Below, piece after piece: positions 28,801 through 43,800 of a DNA stretch of 64,000 bases. Positions within the stretch are counted from its first letter, which is position 1. Each line of letters starts with the position of its first letter. This DNA is from Lytechinus pictus (Eukaryota). The position numbers were made by a program, and so were the translations under genes. The notes beneath the pieces are model-generated. The model was not told the origin of the DNA. It saw only the letters and a list, made by a program, of their open reading frames with translations, and did no database searches. The stretch spans positions 22,694,001-22,758,000 of the forward strand of contig NC_087250.1 of assembly GCF_037042905.1 (NCBI RefSeq), in the 5' to 3' direction.

Positions 28801-31800
28801 TAGAAATATATAAAAATTATTTGCAATTGTTATTTGACTTTTATTTATCCCATGCATGTTAACAAAGTTTTAATAAATTTAAGAGTTGACATATATTCGC
28901 AATTACTTCACATTTTTTTCTTTGCTATCAAGCCATTGATTTCAGTTATACATGTAGATTCTAATGACAAATATGTGCTTCGTGCTCTTATAAAAGGGCC
29001 AACTTATAAAAGTACATTATGCCCTGTAAATTGGCAAGGCATGTGGACATTGAAATCACTATCAAAAAGTGCAAATTGGCAACACTTTAGTGAAATGTTG
29101 TGATATTCATCAATTTAAAGTTATATAATATCCATATTTAATTTTTTTTCTTCAAGCTATGTCCATGTCAGACGGTAAAGATAATAGTATGCAGTGCTTA
29201 GAAACATTTGTATTAAGCGCTTTTAAATCTTGGGTATTATTAAAGATTAGTTTGTAATTATAAAAGATTTAAAAAGAATTATTGTATGTCTATTTTATCT
29301 TTTATGATTATAAAAATCATTGCCACTTTGCGGAATAAATGATTAATTTAAATCTGAGAATGGGTTAAAAGCAGTTCTTTGAATTGTCATTGAGCAGGTA
29401 ATACAATGTCAGTTCATTTGTTCCTTATTATAGATGTGTATGCTACGGTTGATAAGCAACGCAAGCCGACGGAGCAAAATCCCTCCCCGGACGACCCTCC
29501 TTCCGACGGTCTGTTTAGATCTTTATTTAAATTTAACTATAATAGATTTATTAATCTCATAGTTCTTTCTATCTTTCTGTGATATCACTCTAATTCCCTT
29601 TTCTCATAATCGGTTTCCTAATGACTCCCATGGCTTCTTCATCTCATCATACTACAGTGGCGGATTCAGGCAGGGACGCAAATGGTGCACGCCCCTTCCT
29701 CTATATATTAAGAACTGACCATTGAACATACCTATTAATGTAGCTAAATCTAGTTTCAAGTTTCAAAATTTTTTGATCGAAATCCACACATATTGGATCA
29801 TTCTCAATTTTACAAACACTTATACGGACAATTACAGTGAGACACAAAGTTACAAATCACATATATAAATAAATGTAAATACAAAATACAGATTATTATG
29901 GTTAGCAATTTTCATGTTGAGCCCTGAAGTATATGCGATAACATATTCAAATCAATAATTGACCTCTTATAGCATAGGTAAAATTTTATATTTTTCTTTT
30001 ATGAAATCTATGAAGAAAACCATCATCTGTGCCACTACCCCCCTTTGTAAACCCCTCCTGTATTCCAAAAAAGAGGGGAATCCAGGCAGGGAGACAAGGG
30101 GGTGCATGCCTCCTCTAATTTGGAGGATTGCCAATGAAACATACCTACTAATGTAGCTTAATCTCTCAGAAAATTGTCACCTGCACCTCCTATATTTCCA
30201 AATTTGCTTTTTATGCCCCCTCCCTCCTCCCTCCTCTATTCCAAGCTAGAGGGGGATCTTGAGAGGGTTGCAAGGGGTGCACCCCCCTTCTTTAGTTTGA
30301 AAATTACCCATTAGTGTATCTAAATGTTATAAAAGTGCAGTCCGTGCCCCCCTCTATTTCCATATTTGCTGATTGCGCCCCCCCTCTATTCCAAAATCCT
30401 GTATCCGCCACTGTCATGCTAACTTTCTTGAAGTATCTCGCTCGTCTTCATTTGAAATCAAATTTAATGTGTAATAACTTTATCTTAGATAGATGTTGAT
30501 CTCTCACCCTATAGAATAGCTGAGTGAAACATCCTTTTAAAGTATATATCCATTCAAAACAAATTGTAGTGTGTCATGCATTTATCAAGAATAGATGTTG
30601 ATCTCTCACCATATTATAGAACAGCTGGTTGAGAGCATTTTGATAGAATAGATTTTGTGATTACACTGTACCTGCCTAATTTTTACACTACATGAATATA
30701 CGATGACCTGCCACCGCTTGAACTGGTTTCAACTGGTTTCCTCAAGTTTGATCCAGCTCAAAGTGGTTTCTCCATGCCACATTCATTTCTCATTAAAGCC
30801 ATTCATGTGCATTGGCATGTTTCATTAGGCATGTGTATACATGTAGATATAAACATAAACATTCCATTATATGATGGCCTCCCACTGCTTACACTGGTTT
30901 CAACTGGCTCCCACTGGTTGGATCCAGCTGGAACTGGTTTCTGCTACCCCATTTTTCTCTGCGCAGCCATCTTGTACAGTAATCGGCATGAACCTGTCTT
31001 CTTTGTATCCAATCTAATGTAAAAGCACGAAGTGTAATAGAATAATATAGTTCTTACAAGTTGTATCATGAAACTCATAAAGTCATGCATGACTGTATGA
31101 ATCCATTACGTACTGGAGCCTAATGATCCCTTTACAAAATCTGGTTATTACAGAGTCTTGTACAAAAAAGAATGTGTATTATCGGTAAAAAGTGGAAAAA
31201 AACATGAACATGTGTGCAAATACAGACCTTGCTTCTTGCACATTTCAATTTCACATTTCAATTCAAATTAGTTAACTGAGTACAGCCATGCTGGATAGAT
31301 AAGTCTCTAAGAGCTTCTATATTCATGGCATAGGCTAAGCCCAATCCATGGCTTCAAATAAGCAGTTGTCGTATTTTGATAAAATGTCACCCAAAACTCT
31401 AGAGCATCCCACTTCTGCATTTTATACTCAAGTAATTCCTTCTTTGTAATCTTATGAATTGCTTCATTCTTACGTCTGTTCATTCTCACACATTGAACAT
31501 CTTAATAAAATACACTTCTACGGATCTTATGTATGAATTTTTCAATAATGCATATCATGTTTTTACTCTTGCGAATGAAGGCGGGGATCCCATTTACGGG
31601 GTCGTCGACAGGCAACGTGATAGAAAGCCGTCAAACAGAGATCTGGGTGGTCGTATTTTGGGCAGTCCGACTGAGGTTGGCGACGATTCCAGCTTTGGGG
31701 GTAATTTAGTTTGATTTGAATAAAAACAAGCAAACAAACAAGCAAGCAAGCAACAAATATAATGATAAAGGAATAAATGGTTAAAAAATACTCATGCAGC

Positions 31801-34800
31801 TTTCTCCAAGTTTTCTTTAAAAATTGTATTTCGATGCATCCTATCGCGTCTTTGGATAAACGCTTCTTGTGTGTTTTTGAACGAAAATGGAACTCCTTAG
31901 AGAAATGAAATATGAATGTGATAAGCTAATGACATCAGTGTGTTTTGGTCAGATGCAAAAGATGATGTGTTATTCAGTGGTGTTTTGTTTTTATTTTCAG
32001 CTTCATTTAAGCTTATTTTTGGCTTTCCTCTGTACAAAAAGTATGGGAGCTCTTTCTATTTCAGACTTTTTCAACACTCTTCAGCATTTTTCAGATCTTC
32101 TTATTTGTGACCACTCACACCACTGGTTATTATATACATGTACCTGAAATTATCTCATTTTCACAATAACTAAAGAACTGTTTGAGGGATCAACTGCAAA
32201 CTTGGACCATATTTGAATATGGGGATGGCTATGATCACAGAGTTTATTCTCATGAGAGATAATAGAATCATAAAAGAATTGCCCAAGTATGAAATTATGC
32301 TTTTCAACAAATATATATGCTTAGTTCATCAATATATAATGATTCTTGTAAGCGTTTAGAAGTTACGATTGAGCTGTATCATCAAAGTTTTTTGAAAATT
32401 CAAGAAGCTAATTTTGTAATATATTTTGGCTCTTGCTATTTAATGGCATACAGTACATCTAGCCATGGTATTATACGTTTCTTCTTTGGCTTTCTGTTAA
32501 AACTGGCTATCAATTTTATTCCTTTGACTGCTAAATATAACTTTTTTTGTGCACATGAATACAAATTTAATTTCATTTTATAAGCTAAGATAATGAAAGT
32601 TTGTAAAGATAAGGGCAATAGATGAGAGAGAGAGAGAGAGAGATGGGGGGGGGGTGTGGGATCAGAGAAAGAATGAAAAGGGGGTATTGAGGCTGAGTTA
32701 TGAGATTTTCTGTCTTTTCATTCTTTACATACATGGATGTTTCTACTGTTTTTTGCTTTGCCGGGTATAACTTTTCCACTCTTGTGCAAGAGATGCAAAA
32801 GTTATTTTCTCTAACATCCACTTCGAAAGTTACTTTGTAAATAATGTATGCTGTGATAGTTATTTTTACATGTACATAAAAAATATGTTGTAATAAGGCA
32901 CAGCGATTCTTTTCGAGTATACCATATTAAACTGATAAGATAACTTTGTTAAGAATATACTCTGCTCGCATAACCTGAGCTATGTCAGTCATAAGCCTTT
33001 GGAGTGCATGAGGGAATTCTTAAATTTGTTGCATGGAATTTGATCATAAATGCAAGGAAACTATGATATTTTGGTTGTGGAACTGAGGACTTTGCATTTT
33101 GATCAGTTCCTATTTTGGTTTTTATATAATTGTGAAGAAAGAAATGGGGTGATGAAAAAAATTACTAAAAAGATAATTTAGTTGGTAGTGTTTGATGCAT
33201 CATTCGTTGTCTGCTGAGGTGTGTACGCCAAGACTAAAGATTCCCTCTTAAATTCCCTTCTTTGTGCAGTATGTTATGTAACACCATTTCATTTTTCAGA
33301 TCATGCACATGAAATGCATGCTACTGAATGTTAATCAATGATATTCCGCATTGAATATCATGTGTATTGGCAGAAAACCTCACTTTTGGCCCGGTCATAT
33401 CGTTCCGTGCAAGCCTTGCGTGCGACTTGCAGGTGACTAGTTGTGCTACCCGTAGGCTGCCTACAGGCTACCTGCATTGACAGTATCTTGCACGTATTAC
33501 ACTCGGATGCCCGCACAAGCGCACGCAAGTCTGATTTGCGCAAAACTTTGTTGCAGGTGAGTTGTGGATGATTGCCAGCAACTTTCCCGTAAGGCTTGCA
33601 TGGAACGATGTGACAGGGCCTTTAGATTTAAACTTAAATCTTAGTGTGAAGCACGTACTGGTATTTAAACAATGCTAAGAAAGCGATGTCTTCTCTTTCT
33701 ATCTCTCTCTTCCTCACACCCTTGCCTTCTTTCTTTGTACATGTATGTCTGTCTTTTTGTATCTCTCTGTTTTGAAGAATGTTTATATATTTCTTTGTCC
33801 CAACAGGCATATTCAACTATTCCTCTTGGTAAAACAGTGTATCTGCCATATCTTTTTTTTCTGTTGCATTTCTCTTGAAAGTGTGCTATTAATCATTTAT
33901 CAATTTTGCACTGATGTGTTTTTGTGTACCCGTATGTGAAGTTCTCTCATTTTCATTCTAACAGACTTACAGTTACATGTATAAGTATAATGCGTGTTAT
34001 ATAAATGATACATATGTATATCTAAATGTATCAATGATATCCCCATTAATGTTTTGGTAAGTATACACTTGATACCCTTACAGAATAATAATCATTCTTT
34101 TTCAATCATCTCTTTCAATTGACCCTCATGACTTGAAAATAAACTTTAAAACTTCAGAGCGTGATTATGGTAGATGGGCCCCAATCTCCCAGCCAAGCAG
34201 CAGTGTCCATACCTCAAATTGTCTTGAATTTGCTTCTGATCAAATCAACAGATCTGCCGACATTCTCGGTCATGCTGCATAACAGACAATGGTTCATATA
34301 TGAACAAAGGCCGGTAGATTAAGGTGAAGTAATTGTTATGAACTTTGAAGTTTCTGTCTTTTGTTTGTAAACAGCTCTGTATTCAGAGGTCAACAAGGGT
34401 TTCAAAACATCCACGCCAGATACGAATCGTTCATTGGAGGGCTCAGGTCAGTACCCTATTCATTCACATACATTTATATGTCGCTGCAATCTGGGGAAGT
34501 ATTTCATGAACCTAATAGTGGCTTTCACTGACCAATCTCTTCTGAGCCAATCGGATGCAAGTATTTCAGGAGCTTATATCAGTTGTCAGTGAAAATTAAT
34601 CACTGGTTGTTTCATGAAAGGCTCCTCAGATTTTTTAAAGTTCTATTTCCTATTCCCCCTCTCCTTGCTATTGCTCATTTCTCTTTTCCATATTACTATG
34701 TTTTATCCCTCTTGCTCTTCATTTATCTGGGTTCTTTTCCTTCTTTTTTTATCTTGCTTTCTGTTGCTTTCTCTCTGTCTCTCATATCTCTTCTTCCATT

Positions 34801-37800
34801 TCTTCTGCTTCATCAGTCAGTTAGGCTCTCTCTCTCTCTTTGTCTTGCATTTTCTTTCAATTTCTTTTTTATGCTGTGTTATTCATTCATTTATTTATTT
34901 ATTTATTTATCCATTCATTCATCCATCCATCCTTCATTCATCCATCCATCCATCCATCCATCCATTCTTTCATTTATTCGTTTGTTTGTTTGTTTGTTTC
35001 TGCATGTCATGACAATATACACAATGTGACCACAAAAGTAAATGTAATAAATTTTACATGAAAAGATATAAATGATCATTTACATAAATTATTATATGTA
35101 AGAGGCAGACATGCAGCAGTATGACAATATTAGCAAATGCTTTAAATGTTGTCACGCTTTTACTTGCTTAATAATTGATATATATTTTTCTTTTCTTATA
35201 TCTTTGTCTCTATCGCTATCTATTTAAGTTTATTGTTAATGCTACTTCCCATGTACTATAATTTAATCAATCATTTGTTTTATTTCATGTTTTCTTATTT
35301 CTCTCTACATGTACCTCTTTGTCTTCTATCTTTCTTGTTTAGCTCCCTTGCTCCAATTTGTATATAATTGGTTGTCATTTTATGTTTTACCTATCCTCTT
35401 GCTCTACTTTCTGTTTTCCGTATATGTGCAATCCCAGGCCCCATCTTACAAAGAGTTGTGATTAATCCGTTCAACCACAACTATGGAAAGCCAGCAGCAT
35501 CAATATCGAAAACGCATGTTTGTTCAAAATATTTTCAAGATATGATGTATATTCATACATTCAAAGTTTCTTCACAATTCAGCATGCCTCTCTTTGTTTT
35601 CAAAAGACATAGTGCAAATTTCCTTAAGGAAAAATGATGACATTGATGGACTTCCGTATATTTGAGGTTGATCGGATCAATTGTAACTCTTTGTAAGACG
35701 GGACCGTGGTGGGTGTTTCATAAACTGTAAAGTTACACATGATTGTATGCATGACTGGAAAATGTTCTTATGTGCTAAGCCAGCTACACAGGGATATATC
35801 ATGTAGCACAAGAAAGGATCACCAGCCATGACTGGAACATGTTCTTATGTGCTAAGCCAGCTACACAGGGATATATCATGTAGCACAAGAAAGGATCACC
35901 AGTTGTGCATAAAGTCACATGTAACTTCTGAACATCTTTATGAAACACCCACCTCCTCTCTCATTCTCTCTCTTGCATAGCTTTTGACCTTGTTGTGTAG
36001 TCTTGATTTCTAGCCATGTTTCAGTCAGAGTTTGTTTTATTTGCTTCTTTGCTTTACGATTTCCAGTTTTGTAATCGTTTGTTAAATGTTCTACTCTATG
36101 AGTTCTGATGTTTGCAAACTGATTATTAGGAGTCTAATTATAAAACGATAGGAAAGAAAAGAATCTCCAAATAAGGACTATATAATCGCTAGAGGGTATT
36201 CATTTGTCTCGCAATCTACTATGGTCAACAAGGAAATTCGTGATCACTCTCGCAAAACGTGTTCACTAGCTTTCTAGGAAATTCGTGATCACTCTCGCAA
36301 AAAGTGTTCACTAGCTTACAAGTTCACGAGCTTTCGAGTGCCGCTGCAACTCTTTATCAAGTGACGAAAGTGACTATATAGTTGATTGCTGGTTTCCTAG
36401 AAAATAAGTTCAATATCTTTAATCCTGGAGCTGCATCTCACAAAGTGTCATTATAAATTTGAGTTTTATTTGAATCTATTCTTTGTAATAAGGGGGCCTG
36501 GAGTGCATAAATTTTCTGAAGCAGTTTGTCACTAAACAAAGGCCCAGACGCATTGTTCCATGCAAGTCTTGTGTGTTACTTTCGGGCAACTTTTCTTGTT
36601 ACGTTGCCTGCAGGTGGTCCGCTTTCACAGAATCTTACACTTATCTTGCTCACAGTTATATGCCCGCAGGAATGCACGCATTCTGATATGCCCGTTTTGA
36701 ACAAGCACAAAACTTGCTGCATGAAGTTTGCAAGTGTTTGCGTGCAACTCACTTGCAAGGCTTATAATACGGAACCCTCATTAAATGCTGTCAACTTCTG
36801 AAACCTTTCCAGTTGGGTTGAGTGAACTGATTTCATCATGAAAGCCATAGACCAGAGTACCGTTACACAAAGGTTAGCGATTAATCGTACACTTGATTTT
36901 ACGATTGATTGTACATGTACATTGTAGTCTATGGAATCAATCGTAGAAAAATGTTCTACGATCATTGCTAATCTTTGTGTTACGGGCCCCTGATGGCGTT
37001 GTTTAAATCAAAAGTAGAGTCAGGAAAAAAAAATTGAAAAAGATGGATACACAGATAAAAATGTTTATCATTCGTCATAAAATCACATTTTTATGTTGTT
37101 CATTTAAAAATGAAATGAAATGAAGTAATTCTAAACACTTTGCCCATGTGAAGATCTCAAAGCTTTTCTACTCCTGGGTATCGTACCCTGGCATCAAAGA
37201 ACCTATGTGTATGTGCTCTCATAAAGTAAAGGCACCACAATAGTACGCATTCTATGATCTGACTTGCATTTCTGGCAATTATCAGTCTGAACTGCTATAC
37301 ATGTATGTGACCTACCAACCCAAAGCCACCAATAAGTCGCCAGGTAAGGTTCTCTGTCAATAGCCAAAATAGTAATCTAGTCTCTAAAATCCAGAAATGA
37401 AAAAAAAAAAGCTTATCTGAAAGAGCAATTCTTCTTCTTCAAACTGAAAATTTGACGTCGTTAAGTTGAGTAAAAGAAAAGATACAAGGGTTTCTTGGAC
37501 ACTACTTTTTCAGACTGCTTTGAAGTTTCACTGAGATTACACAGTATGCACATCTCATGCTTGAGTGAACCCGAAACTTCAAACCTTGTTTTCTCCTTAT
37601 CTTTAAGCTCTTGCTGAATTTCCTCTGCATTCAATCAAGCACTTGTAATGGTTATTGTTGGTCAATTTTAACATGTTATTTATCATTGTAAAGCTTAGGA
37701 AATGAATTTTCAAACTCAATAAAAATCTCAGTATTCATTTCGGTTGACTTATTGTTGGTTTTGGGGTGGCAGGTCACATATTGATCAGCTGCTTCTCCAG

Positions 37801-40800
37801 ACTATCAGCCCTGTTTCTTTCTTTTATTCACCAGCTCACCTTAAAACCTTCATATTTCATTATATATTCATCTTACACAAGCAGAAAGACAACAATTTAC
37901 GATCATCCATTACACACAAAAATGAAAAGATTTCCCCTTAATTTTGTTTGGTTTTGATGAAAAAATGTAGTCAGCATGATAAAGTCCACACCAAATGACA
38001 GCAGGCAATAAAAGAGTATGGCTTTGACATATATATGCCCATTATTTAAAAAAAAAACAACCTTATTCGGGATTTCACTTATTTCTTCCACCCCCACATA
38101 TATAATTGGGGGAAAACTTACTTAATATGATTGTAAAGACTTCAGGAATCACTATAAATGTATGCCTCATGAGAGCATTGGCTTTATTTTTTGCCTTTTT
38201 TCAAACTACTTAGACTTTGTTTTTTTATTACTTGAAAACATTCGCATGTCATAACTGCAATTTTTTTAAACACAAATACATGCACAGCACTGAAATGTGC
38301 CAATTTTGAAATTATTTGCAATTTTATTTGGTGTTCAAGTGTGGCACGATTACTGTCACAAGCATGGTGCAATGACTCACAAGTGTGGCACAATGACTGA
38401 CACAAGTGTGGCACAATGACTGTCACATGTGTAGCACAATGACTCACAAGTGTGGCACAATGGCTGTCACAAGTGTGGCACAATGACTGTCACAAGTGTG
38501 GCACAATGACTGTCAAAAGTGTGGCACAATGACTGTCACAAGTGTGGCACAATGACTGACACAAGTGTGGCACAATGGCTCACAAGCGTGGCACAATGAC
38601 TGACACAAGTGTGGCACAATGGCTGTCACAAGTGTGGCACAATTACTGTCACATGTGTGGCACAATGACTCACAAGTGTGGCACAATGACTGTCACAAGT
38701 GTGGCACAATGACTGACACAAGTGTGGCACAATGACTCAAGCGTGGCACAATGACTGACACAAGTGTGGCACAATGACTGTCACAAGTGTGGCACAATTA
38801 CTGTCACATGTGTAGCACAATGACTCACAAGCGTGGCACAATGACTGACACAAGTGTGGCACAATGACTGTCACAAGTGTGGAACAATGGCTGTCACAAT
38901 TGTGGGATAAATACTGTCACAAGTGTGGCAAAATGACTGTCACAAGTACATTTGCATTGGATATTTATAATCTCACATATTTGACATCATTAGAGTCAAG
39001 TTTTAGTTGAATTGACACACCAAACAGCTGCTCCCTCGTTTGCTTCCAGCCCACTACTCTTACTTTACTTTCTGTTACCCATACTGCCAATGACACACAA
39101 CTGCATTTATACATGTTTTATTCAGAAATCTGCATCAAAATTTATTTGGATGAATCAAACAATATCACCACATCATAAATGGATTTAAAATCATGCAACC
39201 ATGCAATATAATTTCCACGAAATAAACTTAATAAAAATGATGCTTTATAACTTCTTGGCACACTTTTCAATAAGACCACCATATCTCACCAGCTTAGCAC
39301 AAGTCAAGGGGGAATAAATTTACTCAAATTTGACTGGCAGTTTTGATGAGTGTGAAAATACCTTTACCAAACTTGTGTACCATCCTATGTAAAAATCTGC
39401 TTCACATAAATGTTCACTGTCATATACATGTATGAAAAATACATTGGAAATTGCAATGGATACCTGGGTCCCATTGTATAAAAGTTACTATTCTAATTGC
39501 CATCTGATGGTAACTACCATGGTAACAGTGATCAAGAACCAATCAAAATCAACTATTCCATGAAAGAAACCATTAAACGGCAAAGATACGATAGTAGCTT
39601 TTATGCAAGAGGGCCCAGGAAAACTGACACCGAAATGAGATTGATCAAGTGCAATAAGTACAAGCAATCTCCTGACACATTATTGCTCTTAAAAACCAAT
39701 TGCTCTGTATCTGAACTATATATACGCTCTCAAGAATTATGATCGATCGATGCCTTTGAGGCAAACATTGGACCAAAGCAATTTTTTATTCCAACGATGT
39801 GATAATGAATCTGGTGTGGATTAGGTCCATTGCTGAGCCTCTGAAAAAGTATAAGATTTATTAACTTGACAGATGTGTTTGACCGAGAAGAAAAATGGAA
39901 ATTACCTGGCCTTGCTTCAGATGGTATCAAAGAAAACAACATTTCTATACCAGAGGAAGAGGCAGAGACTGAGGGTTTGTATAAGAAATGCACTATACTA
40001 TGCATAAGTTTATGCATAAGTTTTAATTAAAATATGCATAAGTTCAATGGCATAAGTAAACAAAATTGTTAAAGGTAGAATTACCTGTGGTAAATTTTTG
40101 TTTTATGGTATTATTGGACAAAGATGTGGCCTAAGTTTAATTGGCACTGGCAAAAAAAAATTGTAAGTCCACATTTCTTACTTATATTTGAATAAGTTTA
40201 TGGTGACAAATGTATGAGGCAAAATTGCATGACGAAAAATTGCATAAGGTAAATGTGCATAATTTCTTTTCATACGAATAAATGAAATTGTAAGTAAGGC
40301 GCAAATTAGCATCTTGTAGATTTGCTGAAGTTTTATGGTGTAAGTAAACAAAATTGTAATTGCAAAATTGTATAAGGTAAATCCATATACATGTAAGTAA
40401 ATGACCGTTTAAGTCACATATTACAAAATATTGTTGTTTAGTAAGAGATACCACAAAATTTACTAATCCATAGAAACAAACAAATAAGTGAACTATTTAA
40501 ATAATGCAGAAGCCTAAAATAATATGAATAAATATGCTAATAATTGTCTAATGTAACCTATTTACATACAAATCTCAACATTTTAACACATCTCAAAATT
40601 ATAACATATCTCAGCGTTATAACACAAATAATCCCCAACTCCTTTATACAAGCAAGTTTGAATAATAAGTCTTTTTTGTTATATAATTTGTAGAGACGGT
40701 AAACTTCCCCTTTTTGCCGTAAGTAATGTAATATGCATTTATGCATAGGGATTGCATAATATATATGTATAATTATTATTATGAAGAGCAGTTTAACGGT

Positions 40801-43800
40801 CAGTATTGTTCCGATGGCATCTGATAAGGGGCCTGTTTCCTAAAACTTGTTAAAATAACAATTTTGCGTTTACAGTTAAAATCTACATAAATCATTCAAT
40901 CTGATTGACTGATAGAAAACTTGCTATAGAAATTGTGCATTTGTTACTGCAGCAAGTCTTTATGAAATGGGCTTCAGGGCCCTGTCTTACAAAGAGTTAC
41001 GATTGATCCGATCAAGCGTAACTATGGAAAGCCAGCAACATCAGCATCTTATGAATGCATGATTGTTCAAAAAATATTTTCTAGATATAATGTACATGTA
41101 TATTCATAAATTCATAGTTTTCTTGACAATTTGGAGTTTTCTCCTTTGTTTACTAAGGACTTTTTGCAAATTTCCTGTGGAAAAAATGATGACACTGATG
41201 GATTTCCATAGAGTTATGATTGATTGGATCAATCGTTACTCTTTTTAAGATGGGGCCCAGGTCTTGACTACCGAGCATTCACATACAATTTGAGCTGCCG
41301 GATTAAGATTTATGGAAAAGGGAAAATTTAGCATAGCAGATGGATGCATTCAATTAGAGTATGTTTTAAACGATTAAGTTGGTATTTTTTGTAATTCACA
41401 TACAATTTGAGCTGCCGTATTAGGATTTAGGAAAAAGGGAAAATATAGCAAAGCAGATGGATGCATTCAATTAGAGTATGTTTTAAATGATTAAGTTGGT
41501 ATTTTTTGTAATTTGATCATTTCGATATAAATATATCCTTGTCTATTTTCCACCATTTTTCCTCTTCTCATTTTAATATTACTTGTGCGATGTTAGAGTA
41601 GCTGTTATTTTACTTGATATGTGGTGTTTCATTGTTAAGCTGTTGTTGGGACAGAAATTCTCTCTTATCTGCTTTTACCTTTTCTACACTAACTAGTTAA
41701 CCTTTTTCTTTCACCACTGTTGCCTCCCTCTCTCTCTCTCTTGCCCTCCTCTCGTATTTTCTTGCTATGTGTCACAAGGGAAGAATGAAACAAGCCCATA
41801 TTGTGCTACTGGTTTTGTCATTCGTTCTTTGTTTTATGGGGCACGAAATCTAGCATATGCCGTGCAATTAATTGCAAATTTGCTAATCTGCTCCAGGAAA
41901 CAAGGAGTGTAATCTGATATGCTATAGTTAAAAGTGAACAATCAATTGTAAAATTGCAACAGAATATTTGCGATTTGATCGCAAATATTTTCTTGCAACA
42001 CCCCCTTAGTCTTGTTCAAATATGACATCATCATCTCTTCACTGTCTTTACTTTCTTGATATCCTTATATTTTGATTTGCTGAAAAACAGCGATGTCTGA
42101 CCAATACCATGGTAACTTGTTAAAAAAACAAATCTGCTGAAAAGGACAGAAGAATAACGTGTTAGTGCCAACAAGCTGCATGAAATCCTTCCTTTAACTG
42201 CTTTTGATTATTAATTATGTTCTTTGTTCAACTGTTTATATACAGGTATGGTAGACAATGTTCTTTATGAATCCTACACGAGTCAGAAGTCACCGGCTCC
42301 ATCAGGTAAAATCATTATTGACTTATTCATACATAAGTAATTACCGATGCAAGGCCAGCCATGCATCCAGTAAATTTGCTATGCATCGGGTAATTCCTTG
42401 TGCATGGCAAATTTACCAGATGCATGCCCAGCCATGTGTCTGTAATTACATATGCATGGTTGTAATTTAGCCAAAAATTCCACCATTCTATAAAACAAAT
42501 GATGCACAGTAATGTCTGTGCATTGACAGGACTAGTGAGCGCGAGGTAACAATGAAAACTAGTCTATAATGGAAAATATGCAATAGCAGTTAAAAGCTAT
42601 TGAAATCAGTTGATTTGATTGGCTGATAGTAAATTTGTTATTATTACAAGTCTTTATGAATTAGGACCTTGATCTAAAGATTAGGATGATTGCCAGTAAT
42701 CCATTTACATGATTGACTTCATGTATTTGAGGTACATTTGTTAAATTTCAAATGAATTCTTGCATTGAAAACAAAAATTCATCATAAGTAATGAATAATA
42801 TCTTTAAGGTAAAAGAAAGTAATTGCAGCAAACAATTATTTTATGAGAAACTCTTTTAAATCGAATCTTAATTGTCACCATATTATCATATCATCTTTGT
42901 GAAAGCATGTAATCTTGGCTCTAACCGATAATTCTGATGATCACTAACACAGACAAGCATATGTGGGACAGTGTATTATTAATGCTTGGAAAAATACCTG
43001 ACATTTGATGGAATTCCGTGCTTATTTTGCTAATTTCTCAGCAATCACACATTTTCTTCCAGAGCCATTCGGCACATATTTCATATTTAAACATGCAAAC
43101 ACCTGGGTGGTAATTTTATTGGACTCTGTTCGAACTCATTTTGAGATCGTTACCACAACTGGCATTTATCTTTAAAGGACAAGTCCACCCCAACAAAAAC
43201 TTTATTTGAATAAAAAGCGAAAAATTCAACAAGCATAACACTGAAAATTTCATCAAAATCGGATGTAAAATAAGAAAGTTATGACATTTTAAAATTTCGC
43301 TTCATTTCACAAAACAGTTATGCACATCTCGGTCAGTATGCAAATGAGGGAACTGATGACATCACTCACTCACTATTTCTTTTGTATTTTATTATATGAA
43401 ATATGAAATATTTTGATTTTCTCATCATTGTCATGTGAAATGAAGTTTCGTTCCTCCCTGAACATGTGGAATTTCATTATTTTAACATTTTGTGCTTCAG
43501 GCAAGGAGGTCCTAATCATCAAATTCGTAAAAATTGAAATATTATATAATTCAAACAATAAAAAACAAAAGAAATAGTGAGTGAGTGACATCATCGACTC
43601 TCTCATTTGGATGTAACTGGCTCGTTCATATAACTATTTTGTTGAAAATAAGCGAAACTTTGAAATGTCATAACTTTCTTATTTTACATCCGATTTTGAT
43701 GAAATTGTCAGCATTGTGCCTGTCTGATTTTTCTCTATTGATTGAAATCAACAGTTTTCTGAGGTGGACTTGACCTTTAATGACGGGTAAACCTAATGAC

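Noticed and set aside
38340..38948. Regular 23-bp repeat resembling a CRISPR array
   Set aside because: Head-to-tail units without unique spacers, no cas genes, eukaryotic intron: a minisatellite.
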